Shown here: in pieces, positions 61,259 through 64,000 of the stretch
How positions within the stretch are numbered: position 1 is the stretch's first letter
Layout of the letters: each line of letters starts with the position of its first letter
Assembly (NCBI RefSeq): GCF_001194135.2
Contig: NC_068999.1
Coordinates: forward strand, 26,266,957 to 26,330,956
DNA length: 64,000 nucleotides
Reading direction: 5' to 3'
Source of the DNA: Octopus bimaculoides
Lineage: Eukaryota
Position numbers and translations under genes: made by a program
The notes under the pieces: model-generated
The model's input: the letters and a program-made list of their open reading frames with translations, nothing else
Told to the model about the DNA's origin: nothing
Databases searched by the model: none

Positions 61259-61390
61259 AATAATAATAATAGTAACATCGAGAGGAATGAGAACCCAGGT
61301 TCGAAATTTCCCCAAGAGGGTATATCAGCCGAAACGTGTTAACAACAAACAAGATGAGGACGAATATCCGTCAAATGTAAATAATGTAAA
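61259..61390 (+). mobile_element. Inverted second copy of the Penelope-like tail with the hammerhead core deleted
   Basis: cccaagagggtatatcagccgaaacgtgttaac lacks cacctgacgaaggctg; 3' end truncated by an RTE tail. Confidence 0.8.
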
Positions 61391-61790
61391 TCATCATCAT
61401 TTAACGTGTTTTCCATGCTGGCATTGGTTAGATGGTTTGACTGGGACTGGTAAGCCAGAAAGCTGCACCAGGCCCCAGTCTGATTTGGCTTTATTTCTAC
61501 AGATGGATGTCCTTCCTAACACCAACCATCCCAAGAGTATAGTGGGTGCCTTTTACAAGTCACCAGCACCCACAAATCCCGATTTTGACATGTCTTCTCA
61601 AGCACAGCAAATCGCCAAAGATTTCAATCACTTGTCATCACCTCCGTGAGACTCAACATCCAAAGATCATACTTCACCACCTCATCCCAGGTCTTCCTGG
61701 GTCTAACTTTTCCTCAGGTTCCCTCCACAGTAAGAGAGTGGCACTTCTTTACACAGCTGTCCTCACCCATACACATCATGCTATTCAATT
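61391..61790 (-). mobile_element. RTE 3' end copy
   Basis: tcatcatcatttaacgtgttttccatgctggcattgg...; continues into decayed ORF2 C-terminus (ggtcttcctgggtct = RPRKT). Confidence 0.7.
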
Positions 61791-62944
61791 CACACCGCAC
61801 TACACAACCCTTGTGAGCCTTCTTTTCTCTATGTAAAGGAAATTGAACATCTCTCCAATAGAGGCACAAGCATACTAATGTGCTACATGAAATATTCTTA
61901 AACATGATAAATATTCTACTTTATTTTATTTGATCCCATTTCATTTCATTTTCTTGGAAAATTTAAAATCGATTTGCACCTGCATATAAATAAACTAAGG
62001 AAAAATTGCTTCAATTCTTTTGACTCATCTGCATTATCATCAGTTGACGTCTGTTTTCCATGTTGGCATGGGTTTGACTAACCTTAGTCATTATTACCAA
62101 TATAATATACTGTACACAACCCAAAACATTTATATATATATATATATATATATATATNNNNNNNNNNNNNNNNNNNNNNNNNNNNNNNNNNNNNNNNNNN
62201 NNNNNNNNNNNNNNNNNNNNNNNNNNNNNNNNNNNNNNNNNNNNNNNNNNNNNNNNNNNNNNNNNNNNNNNNNNNNNNNNNNNNNNNNNNNNNNNNNNNN
62301 NNNNNNNNNNNNNNNNNNNNNNNNNNNNNNNNNNNNNNNNNNNNNNNNNNNNNNNNNNNNNNNNNNNNNNNNNNNNNNNNNNNNNNNNNNNNNNNNNNNN
62401 NNNNNNNNNNNNNNNNNNNNNNNNNNNNNNNNNNNNNNNNNNNNNNNNNNNNNNNNNNNNNNNNNNNNNNNNTATATATAAAATAAAAACACAAATGAGT
62501 TACACAACAACTGTTTCAGATGCATTTTTTATTGATGAAGGATTCAATTACATTATGGAAAAACTGTTTTCTCCAGGTGAATTAAAAATTTCAAATTTAG
62601 TTTGTAGAATAAGTAGAATGTGAATTAACCCATTCGTTTCAGCATCAATGAAAAGAGTTTGAAATACCAAGGTTCAGCTAGATTTCATAGGGTTATGGGT
62701 CATAAAACAATCAACAGATAATGTTACATTAAATTATTTGTTTAAACAGATTGCCAGAGATAAAAGATAAGAGGAAGAAAGAAAAAGAGAGGGAAGTGAG
62801 GCTAGATGAAGGTTTATCAGCATAGTGTGTATAGTCAAAACAAATGTCTTGGTGTTGAAAGAGAAATTACTACTAACCTATTGACAATCAAACTGGAACC
62901 TTTATGACAACACATACTTGCATACACTCATACTAGTCACACTT

Positions 62945-63590
62945 ACAGTTTTTTTATACTTCATTTATTTTTCAAAATTAAGATAAACAAAGTTCTTTTT
63001 TAATCCAAAATATACTCTCCTTCATTTTCTACAATGCTCTTCCATCTATCTGGTAGACCTGCAAGGCTCCTCTTCCAAAATTTGCTTGTCCATGATGAAA
63101 AATACTCCTCCAGTACTGTTCTGACCTTGTCTAGAGAATTCATATTTTTTCCATACAAATGATTCTGAAGACTGCGGAATAAATGATAATCAGATGAGGC
63201 AATGTCTGCCAAATATGGTGGGTGGGGCATTGCTTCCCTTTCAAACTGCTCCAACCTTTGTAATGTCATCCTCGCTATATGTGGCCAAGCATTATCCTGA
63301 TGTAAGAACATCTTTCATCTTGAAACCAAAAATGGTCATTTTTCTTTTAGTGCTGACTTAAGCCATTCAAGCTGCTCACAGTAGATCTCCTTTGTTACTG
63401 TTTGGTTTGGGTTTAAAAGTTCAAAGTGGACTAAACCTTTCATATCCCACCAAATAGATAACAACACCTTACATGGGTGCCGGTGTTTCTCCTTTCCCTA
63501 CCTAGTGTCTTCAGTGCTTGACATTTTTATATAGAGAACCCATTTCTTGTCACCAGTCACTATTTGGTCCAAAAAACATTCATTTATGAA
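62945..63590 (-). mobile_element. Mariner element 3' two-thirds (same family as 14115-14583)
   Basis: IVTGDKKWVLY, FLHQDNAWPH, HPPYLADIASSDYHLFRSL and LPDRWKSIVENEGEYILD*. Confidence 0.88.
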
Positions 63591-63591
63591 A

Positions 63592-64000
63592 CACTAGCAG
63601 AGATACCCGGCGTTGCCCGTGTTACATGCAATTGAAAAATGAGACTTTTCTGTTATATTTTCTGTAAGGAACTGGAATACATATGATTCGAATTTCATCA
63701 AAATTGCACATGAGGGTTCTTTCCCTCTTTACACACCCTAAAAAATTCTAATCATGAGACATGTATCCCATACTATTGATCTTTATGCACATATTCCAAA
63801 ATTTCAGTCTTCTGGAACCTGTGAAAAAGATTTTGCTCCTGCAAAATAGAGCTCATGGAGCTCTAAAATGTGGGAATGAAGGCCCCTATTGGGGGTGGGG
63901 GTGTTAATGTCAACCAGAGAAGTTGAATTGTTGGGAAATGTTTTTACTTGGGTCTTATAGTATGCCTGTATATATGTGAGAGTATAGTCTCACTTTAATA
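63592..64000 (+). mobile_element. Helitron/HINE-like non-autonomous element 5' part interrupting the mariner
   Basis: actagcagagatacccggcgttgcccg start; internal aatttcatcaaaatt and ccaaaatttcag motifs like 31820-32143. Confidence 0.45.

Noticed and set aside
1-64000. CRISPR arrays, rRNA, operons or prokaryotic systems
   Set aside because: Eukaryotic intron-exon DNA; no regularly spaced repeat-spacer array or rRNA-like sequence was seen.
57274-64000. ATAD2 start-codon exon or promoter
   Set aside because: No convincing ATG exon with a phase-0 donor and no CpG-rich promoter-like segment; probably beyond the window or in a gap.

Overview
AT-rich eukaryotic genomic DNA with spliceosomal introns, six N-gaps and dense repeats. 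The SINE/RTE families and (TA)n/(GAT)n load suggest a coleoid cephalopod, probably Octopus (inference). Two convergent genes are present. On +, the 3' part of HADHB (mitochondrial trifunctional enzyme beta subunit/thiolase): 4 exons at 610-1720, with the last exon probably in the gap 1761-2637. On -, an ATAD2/ATAD2B-type AAA+ ATPase-bromodomain gene: I reconstructed 24 phase-consistent coding exons from 57273 to the stop at 2806 (4425 nt, 1474 aa plus stop); its 5' exon(s) were not found in the window. One ATAD2 intron is GC-AG. The introns hold mostly decayed mobile elements: RTE, CR1, R4/Dong-like and Penelope-like retroelements, tRNA-derived SINEs, mariner/Tc1, Tigger, Chapaev-like, piggyBac-like and Helitron-like elements, and a solo LTR. 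The most notable observations are: (1) a tRNA-headed, SINE-like element carrying an intact minimal type I hammerhead ribozyme on the ATAD2 strand, with an inverted core-deleted copy nearby; (2) a close inverted RTE-3'UTR pair bracketing a 750-nt phase-0/phase-0 block of ATAD2 exons; (3) a PHD finger inside an RTE ORF2 fragment.
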